A stretch of DNA of 63,823 nucleotides, the filler included, from Folioceros fuciformis (taxonomy: Eukaryota), in assembly GCA_049999805.1 (NCBI GenBank). It is 25 parts of 25 records of this genome, joined end to end, with 100 filler letters (N's around TTAATTAATTAA, not from the genome) between each part and the next. Parts side by side here need not be neighbours in the genome. Positions count along the whole stretch, not along the records: positions 1 to 3,656 come from JBNGIO010000715.1; positions 3,757 to 6,057 come from JBNGIO010000716.1; positions 6,158 to 7,580 come from JBNGIO010000717.1; positions 7,681 to 9,710 come from JBNGIO010000718.1; 21 more parts are not named here. The stretch is one strand, 5' to 3'. Positions 1 through 9,810 of the stretch are shown piece after piece. Every line of letters begins with the position of its first letter. The stretch's first letter is position 1. The translations under genes and the position numbers were made by a program. The notes beneath the pieces were generated by a model that worked only from the letters and a program-made list of their open reading frames with translations, ran no database searches and had not been told where the DNA came from.

Positions 1-691
1 TGCCGGCTGTACAGTGTCTGGTCGGATCGCGGGCAGCGTGTTGCCGGATGTATAGTGTCTGGTAGGATCACAAGGTGTAATGACCAGGGTGTAGGGGCTT
101 GCCCCTAACTCTTGATTGTAAAGGGTGTGTCTTTCTCTCAACCTGTCCACTCTTGTTCCTTGCTTGGTCAAGTGCTGTAGGCCGGCCATGTCTCATGGCG
201 TCTGGTAAGGTTGTGGGGAGGAGATACCCAAGAGGGGAGTGTGTTCCCCTCTTCCTTTTGTTTGGGGTTAGTCTAGTGACTCTTGCCGGGTAGGAGGAGC
301 CCGTAGGGAAGTGTAGAAGGTAGTGGTGTCGTTGCTGGTTGCTGGTAGTTGCTGGTGTTGGTGCTGGAGTGAGAGAGTGAGTGAGGTGTGTGAGGGAAGA
401 CGCAGATCTGAGAGGTTAGAGTCGTTGTAGTGACTGGAGTGAGTTTGTGGGCACCGAGAGAGGTGCAGCTGACCGCCGGACAGCGAGGCCTGTCCTACGC
501 CCGATCGGAGCTGGAGGGGAGCCCTCGAATCCATCATCGAGTTGATCAAGTCCAACCCTCCATCCACAGCAGCAAGGAACCCCATCGCTCCTTCGTGGGA
601 ACGAAACCCAATGTCTCAACGACAGTGGGATAAGTGTGGCCACTAAAGGTGGAACCCGTTGGCAATCGGTGCCCGGGGTTTTGCCTCCACA
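1..691 (+). mobile_element. Family B LTR, 3' portion ending ...TTTTGCCTCCACA
   Basis: Near-identical reverse-complement copies at 7405-7580, 12142-13151, 38020-38646 and 63794-63823, all sharing the same sharp end (CA in four of five copies). Confidence 0.8.
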
Positions 692-2129
692 CCTAGTATC
701 CGAGCGGGAAGGACAACAAAGGTGCAAGGGCGAGGAGGGAAAGGAGGATCGGCGAGTCGCTGAAGAGTAGCCTACAAGATAGAGCCCCCTCCCTCTGTAA
801 AAACTCAATGGCCGGTGGGACTCCTTGCCGTGAGGATGCGACTAGTGAGCAACTAAGCTGCCTATCAGGAAGGCCAAGGGAGCATGCACTTTTGATCAGG
901 AAGAACTCAAAGGCTGAAGGTGGTGCGAGTAGTCTATCTGCTCGTGCAAACTTGGGATGCAATGAGTTGAGGTCTCTTCAACAGAAAGGCGAGCAAGAGG
1001 TTCTCGAGAGGGCAACAAATCAGGTGGAGCTATGGGAGCTAGACCCCAAGCATGAAGAGTCCTTATCTATGTGGGATTTGGCCTTCCGCCTTCCCTGTGA
1101 AGCAGCTAACAAGCTATTGGGGGGAACCCCTAGAGGTGCTTCCCACAGCCCTCCACGGAGTGGAATCCAAAGGGAAGGAAGCAACGGTGGTTTTCCAGAT
1201 TCAAGGGGGAGCAGAAGGCCAGAAGCGCAATGCGGTTTTTTGACAGATGGTGAAGTGTCGCACTCGAGTCGGCACCAGGACTTGTGCTTGTAGCAGAAGG
1301 GATCCCGTAAGCCAACTGGGGGAGAAACGCTCTAGGGCGGCAGAAGCATCGTGCTGTCTCGGGAAGATAGCGAGCCTATGCAGACTTTGTGCTTTGACTC
1401 CGATGGTAGGCGAAGAGAGAAACCACAAGTGAGCCACTTGACTGCTCAAAGGCCTCCGTCTTGACACAGTGAGAGAATCGGTGCTATTGCGTCGGCTCCA
1501 GGCCAAACGGGGAGCAAGACATGCAAGGTAGGCGCCGACTCACTGGCGGTGGCAGAGTGTGGGATCATGGGAGCAGGTCGTGTCGTTTTCTTCAATAAGG
1601 GTCGTGTTCTTGAGAAGATGGAGTCGGCGCTTGGGGCCATTCCGAGGGGTGACAAGGAGGACACCACAAATGATGCTGGTCAGTCGCCTGGGCGGTATCG
1701 TGGTCGACAATACAAGGCTGGAGAGCAACAGAGAGACAAACAGGCTGGAGCGTTGCTGGATTGCTCGGTCCCAAGCAGCTCGAATGGGGAAGAGAGTAGA
1801 TCAATCCAAGGGCTTGGCCTGTGCTGCAGTGGAGGGACACAACTGGCTGCTGCAGGCGTTGAGGCCCCTGTTGGTACTCGGGATATGAAGGAAGCTTTCT
1901 CGTTCCTGAAGGGACGACTTGAGCAGGGTGAGGACAATCAAGCTGTCAACGACAACGCATGAAACGCTGACCGGAGCAGGGAGAGGGATGTGGAGATTAG
2001 CTTGGTCTCGGATGGAGCAAGGCCTAAGGAAATTCCATTTACATCTCGTGGGGAGCACGGACGAGGAGCACACGACGTATGGGAACCAACCTCGGGTGTA
2101 GGGCAGAGTGAGGACAATCAAGCTCCAGG

Positions 2130-2418
2130 TGAAGGATTGCTAGAGGAGCCACATGGTGAAGGAAGAGAGGAGGAAGCAAGGAGGAGAGGAGAAAGAGAGG
2201 TCTCACACACTCTCTCTCTATATTGCAAGGGAGCTCAAGGGGGTATTTATACCCTCTACAAGAGCTCCCAAGGAAGCTTCACAAGAAGCCCACGGGAAGC
2301 TGCGTAAGAAACTTCCCACAGATTAGCTTAAGCTAATCTAAACAAATGATACTTAACTAGACACTAATATTAGACTAAACACATTAGTCTAAGCACATTG
2401 GGCTTTAATAACCCTACA
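2130..2418 (-). mobile_element. Copia family A solo LTR
   Basis: Matches family A LTR (minus strand TGTAGG...CCTTCA); flanks CCAGG/CCAGC form a 4/5 target-site duplication; no PBS or PPT. Confidence 0.8.
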
Positions 2419-3257
2419 CCAGCCAAACCATGAGGTCAATTGCTTCTACTAACAGCCTCTGCTATAATTTGACTGGTTTTATCTCCAGCGCATCGGCCAA
2501 CTCCAGGATAATCCTTTCAACAAAAAACAACCGTGAATAATCTGACATTACTCACTTCACATGCGCCTCTTGTGTTCGCCGATTGATCTTGGTTGCTGAC
2601 TCCGCTGTCTTGGCTATCAACATGAAAGGGGATTGCTTGATGTGTCTAATCTTGTGCCCGACTTCCTCTCTTTGATTTCACATAATACATGTACAGCGTT
2701 CTTCGTCAGCTACCTTTGAGATCTGTCTGGCCGCGCTCTCCTGGACATCAGGCAATCCGCTCTAGACCCCGCGCGCTTTGCCTTATCTTCTCTCATGCTC
2801 CTTAATTACCGCCGCCCAATTGTACCGCCCTTCACCTCTCTTTGGCGACATCATTAGTTTTCCAAGTCACTCTAACCTCGTCCATATTTGACTTGACCAG
2901 CATTGTTGCCAGCCATCAGTGCCATTACTCTAATCATTCACCATTGCATGACAGGAACTAGCCCCTTCAAACATCATTCTCAAAAACTACTTATTACTCC
3001 CAAAATGTCATGATGTGGAATAACAAAAGGCCTACCTACCACCGGTGCTGAAGAAGTTGCTTCACCTACGTTTGTTACTGTTCTAAAAATCGTGTTGGCT
3101 AATGCTCTTTGCAAAGTGATGGATATGCATTGTCGAAAGAAGGCCACCACAGAGAAACGAGGGAGAACACCATTGCTATGACTCTAATAGACTTGACTCT
3201 GAGAATTCATAAGAAAATGGAGAAGTTGCAACAGTTCTAGTGAGGTAACTTGGTTGC

Positions 3258-3656
3258 TGTGAACCTCCAAAGTTTGGGGTAGTAGTTTATTTTGGTTGAA
3301 AAAGGGTTAATAGTGGTATGGTTTGGTTTTCTTTTTCAACTTATTTTCCCTAATTTTCCTTGATTTTCTGGTCATTTTTCCTATTTTTCTTTGTGCTAAT
3401 TGGGTTAATTGACCAAGAAATAGTGGGTTTGGTTGTAAGAGTGGGTATAGGTTTGGTCCCAGAGCTGGGAAGGTTTAGGTTCGGTACCAGGCCATAGGGT
3501 TGGGTGATTAGTTTAATATTAGTTAAAGATATATAATATTAAATAATAATATAATAATATTAAATAATAAAAATAATATAATAATGGTTTGAACATAGGA
3601 AGGGGTATATGGGTGTGTCAGTGTCAGGGGTCAGGGTCTGACGATAGGCTGGCTGA
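3258..3656 (+). mobile_element. Left end of a large repeat, probably a gypsy LTR 5' end, starting TGTGAACCTCCAAAG
   Basis: Same sharp TG terminus at 43293 (+) and 46053 (-) with different flanks. Confidence 0.7.
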
Positions 3657-3756
3657 NNNNNNNNNNNNNNNNNNNNNNNNNNNNNNNNNNNNNNNNNNNN
3701 TTAATTAATTAANNNNNNNNNNNNNNNNNNNNNNNNNNNNNNNNNNNNNNNNNNNN
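3657..3756. other. Artificial contig spacer N44-TTAATTAATTAA-N44, first of 24 (others start at 6058, 7581, 9711, 13152, 14455, 16156, 17906, 19279, 20441, 21842, 26948, 28074, 31355, 33102, 35716, 38647, 41740, 43710, 46691, 50352, 55150, 57819, 61899)
   Basis: Identical 100-nt N-padded linker with stops in all six frames; flanking sequences are unrelated. Confidence 0.99.
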
Positions 3757-6057
3757 GGCAGGGCAACCGTCGCCAGAGGGACGACTGGTGGTAGCCCGAC
3801 GGGCGGTAAGGAGAGAAAGCAAGCAGGGCATAAAAACCCTAGAGAAGGGGGAGCTTTGTCCAACATCCGAAAGCGCGGGGAGCAGGAGTAACTTGAAGCG
3901 TGAAGCGGCTGAAGGAGGAGAAAGAGCCAGGACGACGGGACAGACGGCGCAGGGCGTAAGGGTTGAGCAAGCACAGGGGAGTGGGAGACCTCCAAGGCGC
4001 GAGCGGTGGAGAGAGCTGGGCGAACAGAGGAAGAGCCGGAGCACGACCAAGACAGAAGAGTTCCGAGCCCGAGCATGAGAGGAGGAGGACAAGCAGGATG
4101 AGGTCGCGGCTTGAACTGATCCTGGGAGTAGCAGCCTCTAGACAGGAGGGGGGACCTCCTGTTCCCCAAATCGACCTACTTCTGTGGCCAAATATGGAGC
4201 ACTGGAGGGTTAGGGCAGGAAAGTTGGTGGCAGAGCTGGGTCTGACTTTTATGACCCAGAAGTGGAACCATGCAGCACCCCAGCTTGTTAGGGAGTGCGC
4301 TCCGAGGCTGATAGAGCCTGTACGTGAGGAGGGGATCAGAGGCAGACCCCAGGAATGGAACCTGGAGTTGATCAGGAGGGTCTACGGGCACGACCAACAG
4401 GAGGAAGGGGGACTGGCGCTGGAGTCTCTGAAGAGGCGTGGCGGAACGGGAGTTGCGGAAACGCTGCTCAAGGCAAGCACGAGATAGGAAGCGAACGGGT
4501 GGTTGGTGCGCGACATGGCAAGTCCCCAGCTGTTGGGATTGGCGAGGTGGTTCCTGAGCTTCTTCCAAGTACGCAAACAGGATTATCTGTCCGACCAGAT
4601 GCTCCTGTTTGTGCATGAAGTAGTGAAGGGCACCAGGATCGATTGGGGAAGGATTTTATACACCCGGATGGATGAGGAGAGGCAGAACCTGATCCTACCC
4701 ACCCTTGAACCTTCTATGATTTCCCCGTTTCTAATCCATGTGTACAGTTACGCTAATCTGGTCACTGAGCTAGAAAGGCTAGCCTCACTGCACTTGTGGA
4801 AGCCAATTCATGATGTGAAGTGGAAGCCCGCTGGGCCAGCAAGGGCTGCCTCCAACAGTTGGGAAGCTGACAGTGGGAATAGCTCGCAGGAGGAAACCCC
4901 AGTCAAGCCCAGGAAGAGGATGGCGCCACAAAAGAAGGCTCCTGCCAGGAGGAAAAGGATCAGAGGACAAAGTCTGAGCATGGGAGTTGATCAGGAGGAA
5001 GGGGGGACAGCCCTGGAGCAGACAGGTTAGCAGGAGGCAGAATGAGAACCAGCTGTCCATGGAATCAAGGACCGAAGGTTGGAGGAGCAAGGACAGGGTG
5101 GGACAAGACCCGAGGAGCCACCGGATCAGGTGATGGCAGCTGACAGAGTTTCGTCTAGACAGGAGGATAAGTTAGGGCACGTTTCAGCACAGGAGGGTTT
5201 TCAGGTGCAGGCCTCAGAGAGACAGGTTGCAGGTGGGGGACCTGGACAAGTTGCGAGAATTCCTGGGCAGACAAATCACGGCGAGAGGAATGGGCACCGG
5301 AGGGGTGCAGGAGGTGGACCTACCCGGCTTGACTGCTGCGATGGTGCAAGCCCAAGCAGACCTCCTGGATCAGGTTGCTAGGTCCCTGACCTGGTTAAGT
5401 GTACAAGCGGAGCGAGAGGCCGAGGCTTGGGGAAGGGAGGAGAAGGCTCGTGAGCGAGAGGCTGAAGCAAGGAGGCAACTGGCGGAGTCAGAGACGGCGC
5501 GGCAGCTGCTGGGGGAGAAGCAGCGGGTCCTGGATAGGGAGAAGGCTCAAGCCGAGGAAGAGGCGCACAAGGTGAGGGCTGAAGTGCAGGCGCTGAAAGA
5601 GCAACAGGGGACCCTACTAGCTCAGGTGAGGGAGGCTCACGAGACTAACCTGGAGATGCAACAGGAAATGGCCATGGCACAGGAGATGGAGATAGCCGCT
5701 GTGGAGCAGGCTCAGAAGTTGGCTGACAGATACAAGCGGGAGCGGGATGAGGCCAGAGAGAGAGTGAAGGGGAAGAGCAAGGCTGGGTGTCCGAGTCAGT
5801 CGGCGACCCCGGTAGCAAAAGGGGCTACTGGTAGCCAAACCCGGGGAACGGTAGTCGAGGGGACTACCGGTAGTTCGGTAGTCGAGGGGACTACCGGTAG
5901 TTCGGTAGTCGAGGGGACTACCGGTAGTTCGGTAGTCGAGGGGACTACCGGTAGTTCGGTAGTCGAGGGGACTACCGGTAGTTCGGTAGTCGAGGGGACT
6001 ACCGGTAGTTCGGTAGTCGAGGGGACTACCGGTAGTTCGGTAGTCGAGGGGACTACC
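3757..6057 (+). pseudogene. Multicopy retrotransposon accessory ORF (plant-transposon-protein/Transposase_32-like domain plus coiled coil), disrupted
   Basis: Motifs IRGRPQEW..VYG, NGW, IDWGRIL, ISPFLIHVY; in-frame stops at 4485 and 5028 plus frameshifts; homologues at ~14740-15290, ~30010-30780 and 42627-43292. Confidence 0.65.
5849..6057 (+). repeat. 27-bp perfect tandem repeat CGGTAGTCGAGGGGACTACCGGTAGTT, ~7.7 copies to the contig end
   Basis: Directly visible; encodes VVEGTTGSS in frame. Confidence 0.97.
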
Positions 6058-6157
6058 NNNNNNNNNNNNNNNNNNNNNNNNNNNNNNNNNNNNNNNNNNN
6101 NTTAATTAATTAANNNNNNNNNNNNNNNNNNNNNNNNNNNNNNNNNNNNNNNNNNNN

Positions 6158-6834
6158 CGTCTGATCGAGATCCTGACTTCCTCAGCCGGGGTCAATACGG
6201 CGCCCACACTCTCGCTCCCGGCGTCTGCAATTTGTTCACTTTCCGGCGCTCGTCAATCGGGTCCTCGCTTCACTGGCACGCTCGTTTCGCGCATCACGGG
6301 CGCCCATGTGGTGCCCAGTGGCGCCTAGGTGGCGTCCAAGTGGCGCCTGCGTGGCGCCCAAGTGGCTCTCACATGGCGTCGAGGTGGCGCCTACGTGGCG
6401 CCCCTCCCCCTCTTAGATGGCCATCTTCATGGTCTTGCTCCACAACTTGCTCTGATACCACTTGTAGGATCACTAGAGGAGCATGGTGGAGGAGAGGAGA
6501 AGAGGAGGTAGAGAGGAGAGGAGAAAAAGAGGTAACATTGAGAGTAGTTGGCAAGGGAGCTCAAGGGGGTATTTATACCCTCTAGAAGAGCTCCCTAGGA
6601 AGCTTCACAAGAAGCTCACAAGAAGCTGCGCAAGAAGCTTCCTACATATTAGCTTAAGCTAATCTAAACTAATGATACTTAACTAGACACTAATCTTAGA
6701 CTAAACATATTAGTCTAAGCACATTAACTAGACACTAATCTTAGACTAAACATATTAGTCTAAGCACATTAACTAGACACTAATCTTAGACTAAACACAT
6801 TAGCCTAAGCACATTGGGCTTTAATAACCCTACA
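6158..6834 (-). mobile_element. Copia family A 5' LTR (6463-6834), PBS (6449-6460, tRNA-iMet) and 5' UTR
   Basis: LTR TGTAGG...CCTACA followed on the minus strand by AG and TGGTATCAGAGC. Confidence 0.92.
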
Positions 6835-6899
6835 GCATGTACTCTAGCTCCTAGACTGAAGGACTAGACAACTCTTGACCTATACTATGATTTGAGCGG

Positions 6900-7300
6900 T
6901 TCCTCATGCCCTAAGTGGAGATAAACCTTACCTGCCCCATGGACAAGAGTGATTCCATTGGCTATTGTGCTTGAGAAAGCCGGTTGATTTCCACTCTTTT
7001 TGTTTGAACTTGGTAGGAGCAGATGTTCGAATGCTGTCAGCGACCACTAGAGGCTGTTCCCAGATACGCCATAGCAGAGCTTTACTTGACATTGGGTCTC
7101 TCCCGCCATAGACCACTGACATCCAGTTTTGCCATAAGGAAAAGAGTGATGAAGACCATACCACCCCCCACCATTGACTTTGGAGTAGTGGCCCTCCCGA
7201 AGCCCATCTAGCCCGAATAGGGCTATTTGCTTTATAACCATGAGGTTCCTCTTGGGGAGAAGCCTATTTAGCCACTTGCCAACTTTGCTCTAAACGCCTT
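6900..7300 (-). pseudogene. Possible highly decayed gypsy integrase (zinc-binding region) relic
   Basis: YGGRD...LWRIW..PLVVAD...WG spacing resembles the gypsy integrase N-terminus; weak. Confidence 0.3.
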
Positions 7301-7404
7301 GTGCATATTCGCAATGAAAGAATATATGTTGGCTTTTATGAGGGGCGCTAACGTGGCATAGTCTGCACCACTCCTCCCCTGCAGCCACCAACAAGCTGTC
7401 CCAG

Positions 7405-7580
7405 TGTGGAGGCAAAACCCCGGGCACTGATTGCCAACGGGTTCCACCTTTAGTGGCCACACTTATCCCACTGTCGTTGAGACATTGGGTTTCGTTCCCA
7501 CGAAGGAGCGATGATGTGGATGGAGGGTCGAACTTGATCAACTCGATGATGGATTCGAGGGCTCCCCTCCAGCTCCGATC
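7405..7580 (-). mobile_element. Family B LTR 3' end
   Basis: Begins TGTGGAGGCAAAACCCCGGG, matching 1-691 in reverse. Confidence 0.85.
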
Positions 7581-7680
7581 NNNNNNNNNNNNNNNNNNNN
7601 NNNNNNNNNNNNNNNNNNNNNNNNTTAATTAATTAANNNNNNNNNNNNNNNNNNNNNNNNNNNNNNNNNNNNNNNNNNNN

Positions 7681-8858
7681 GGCTTCGGGAGTTTGTGCTA
7701 CCTACTCCTGTTAGCTCTTAACATGGACGCCTGACCTAGGAAGGAGGTCTTCTACAGGATTATTATCTTGCTGCCTCCTAGGCATCAAAGCCCTCCATGA
7801 AAAGCTTCGCTGTGCTCTCCTCTCCTGCACATTTAAACACACCCAGTTCAGTGGATGAAGCTGTCACGTCACATCTTGTCGTGAGCTGGTTCTGTGATCC
7901 CTTCAAACAAACAGACTGCTGAGCTGCTTACCAGACTGAGATGGTGACTCTGGATGCCAAGTTGGTCCAACAGGAGGCCCTGTAGGTGGTGATGGTGGAT
8001 ATGGGTTGTACATGGGACCTACACCAGGCCCGATGTCTCCTAGGGAGCCTACGAACCCCATCTTCTCCAGCTCGCCGACCATGGCCTTTATCTCAGGCAC
8101 TATGAGTGGGAACATTCTTGGCTCAAGAGGAGGGATCGTCCTGCACAAGTCTTCCAGCTCTATCGATCTCAGCTTAGCAGACTGCAGGATGCCGTCGAGC
8201 TCCTCCATCTTCTTCAGCGTCAGTGACAAGTGTCCTACCAAGTCGCGGTCTGCCTGAGTTGGCCAGCCATCTGCGTGCCGAGCTCTCTCTACAGCACTAT
8301 ACGGGCTGGGGTCGACCATTCTGTTCAGGAACGGGTCTGACCCAGCCTTGGCGGTGGCAGCAACGCCATCTCTGATAGCCCGGTTTCGCTTGCGCCAAGC
8401 CTCCACCTTGCAGCCTGTGGCGATGCTGGTAGCTATGACGACACACAGGACTGTGAGCGCAAGCTCAGTATTTATCTCCATGGCTCCCCGCATAGCTGGA
8501 CGGCTCTCGTTCTCCTCGCTTACGCTCGAGATCGTCCGGTCTTCAGCTCAACAGTCACTCACGCTCCGCTTGCCTGTTCTGGCCTTTACGCCTGAAGATC
8601 ACAACGATGACGGGAGCGTAACCCTATGACCCCATTTTTTTAAGAACCCCGTTCCGTTAACGTGTTCGGTTAAGAGGGGGTGTTAGAGTTTGTTACTCTT
8701 GGTTAGTTAACCTCACATAGTTAACGATTAGGGGTTATATTTAACACAGTATATAAGACACAATTTTGTCCATTATTTTAATCAATCATTTTGTTGAGTA
8801 CATGTTTGTGTGTGTTCTCTAATTCGTGTCATACCTTGCCCTTATTGTACTTACTCCA
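7681..8858 (+). mobile_element. 3' end of a copia-like element: decayed RNase H tail (~7681-7810), long 3' region, PPT (8672-8680), 3' LTR (8681-8858)
   Basis: NMDA..RKEVFYR..LLGIK remnant; AAGAGGGGG directly before TGTTAGAGT; AT-rich LTR-like block with TATA ending ...ACTCCA. Confidence 0.6.
7903..8493 (-). CDS. 196-aa ORF of unknown function, antisense within the copia-like 3' region
   Basis: Uninterrupted ATG ORF; N-terminal hydrophobic segment, heptad-like helix, Pro-rich tail. Confidence 0.5.
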   Translation of the reverse strand: MRGAMEINTELALTVLCVVIATSIATGCKVEAWRKRNRAIRDGVAATAKAGSDPFLNRMVDPSPYSAVERARHADGWPTQADRDLVGHLSLTLKKMEELDGILQSAKLRSIELEDLCRTIPPLEPRMFPLIVPEIKAMVGELEKMGFVGSLGDIGPGVGPMYNPYPPSPPTGPPVGPTWHPESPSQSGKQLSSLFV

Positions 8859-9710
8859 TTAATAAGCTATACAAGTGCTACACAACCATGTCAACATGTT
8901 GACATCCATGGACTGCCCCAATAAGCTTTGTCTTGTTCTCTCAATCACACCTTCCATGTGTGTGGCTCCAAAGACATATCCCATGGCTAACTCTCGCTCT
9001 CGCGCATTTGGCTCTCCTAGATCATCTCCTTCCCAGCTCATCACTCTCCCTAGTGAGTTAGCATACCCAAAAGCATAAGAGCCACTTGCACTTACAAAGG
9101 TTGGCCATGCTACCCTTGGTTTTCCCACTTCATTCACAGCAACGTACGGCATACTTTCACGCTTTATGACTTCTTGGGGATGCCTGTCTCCGAACATGAT
9201 ATCTTTCACTTGCACCATTTTTGGCACTATGATATCCCTGCATGCCATTAATGCTTTTCTAGGCATCATGTTTGTCCACATGCACCTTAGTCAATGTGCA
9301 CGTGACCCAAACTGCACAGCATCAAGATATACTTCCATACCCACTACTCCTTTGATTTGTTTGAAGTTGTCCTTCAAAGTTTGCTTCTTGTCAAAAATTG
9401 CCACAACGTTCTCAAGAATGTACCCACATGGCTCTTGTTGATATTGTTGAACCAACCTGATGATCTTTTTCAGCTCAAAGAATAGTGCTGACCTTGGATC
9501 CAACAATCCCCTTCTTGCTCTTGGCAATGACATGCCTTGATATTCCCACCCGGCAATGATCAAGTTTACTAACACTCCCAATCTTTGGATTTGTTCCCAT
9601 CCTGTATGCCTTACATCCCCAGGTAGTTGTTTTTGAAAGTTCCTCACTGCCCCCTCGTCTAACAAATTTGGATAACGATTCCACATGTGCTATTACTATA
9701 ACTTGAGCCT
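8859..9710 (-). pseudogene. C5 cytosine DNA methyltransferase (DNMT3-like, probably retrotransposon-borne), 5'-truncated by contig end
   Basis: Ordered motifs GDVR, LIIAGWE(Y)QG (IV), GLLDPRSALFFE (V), YILENV (VI), GSRAH*LRCMWTN (VIII), ERELAMGY (IX), RQSLLGQSMDV (X); the two ORFs are one frame split by TGA at 9291-9293. Confidence 0.88.
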
Positions 9711-9810
9711 NNNNNNNNNNNNNNNNNNNNNNNNNNNNNNNNNNNNNNNNNNNNTTAATTAATTAANNNNNNNNNNNNNNNNNNNNNNNNNNNNNNNNNN
9801 NNNNNNNNNN

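Noticed and set aside
692-3257. Possible gag/protease relics flanking the solo LTR, and similar at 51150-51870
   Set aside because: Too degenerate to support a call by eye
3657-3756. Recurring TTAATTAATTAA motif and ORFs ending in X...LIN
   Set aside because: Artificial spacer; linkage across spacers and ORFs running into them are artefacts
5849-6057. CRISPR-like hairpin repeat
   Set aside because: No unique spacers, no cas genes, eukaryotic context; plain tandem repeat
8859-9710. Bacterial restriction-modification methylase
   Set aside because: Abuts a plant LTR, decays like a plant TE, no endonuclease or operon features; a distant bacterial origin of the domain is not excluded
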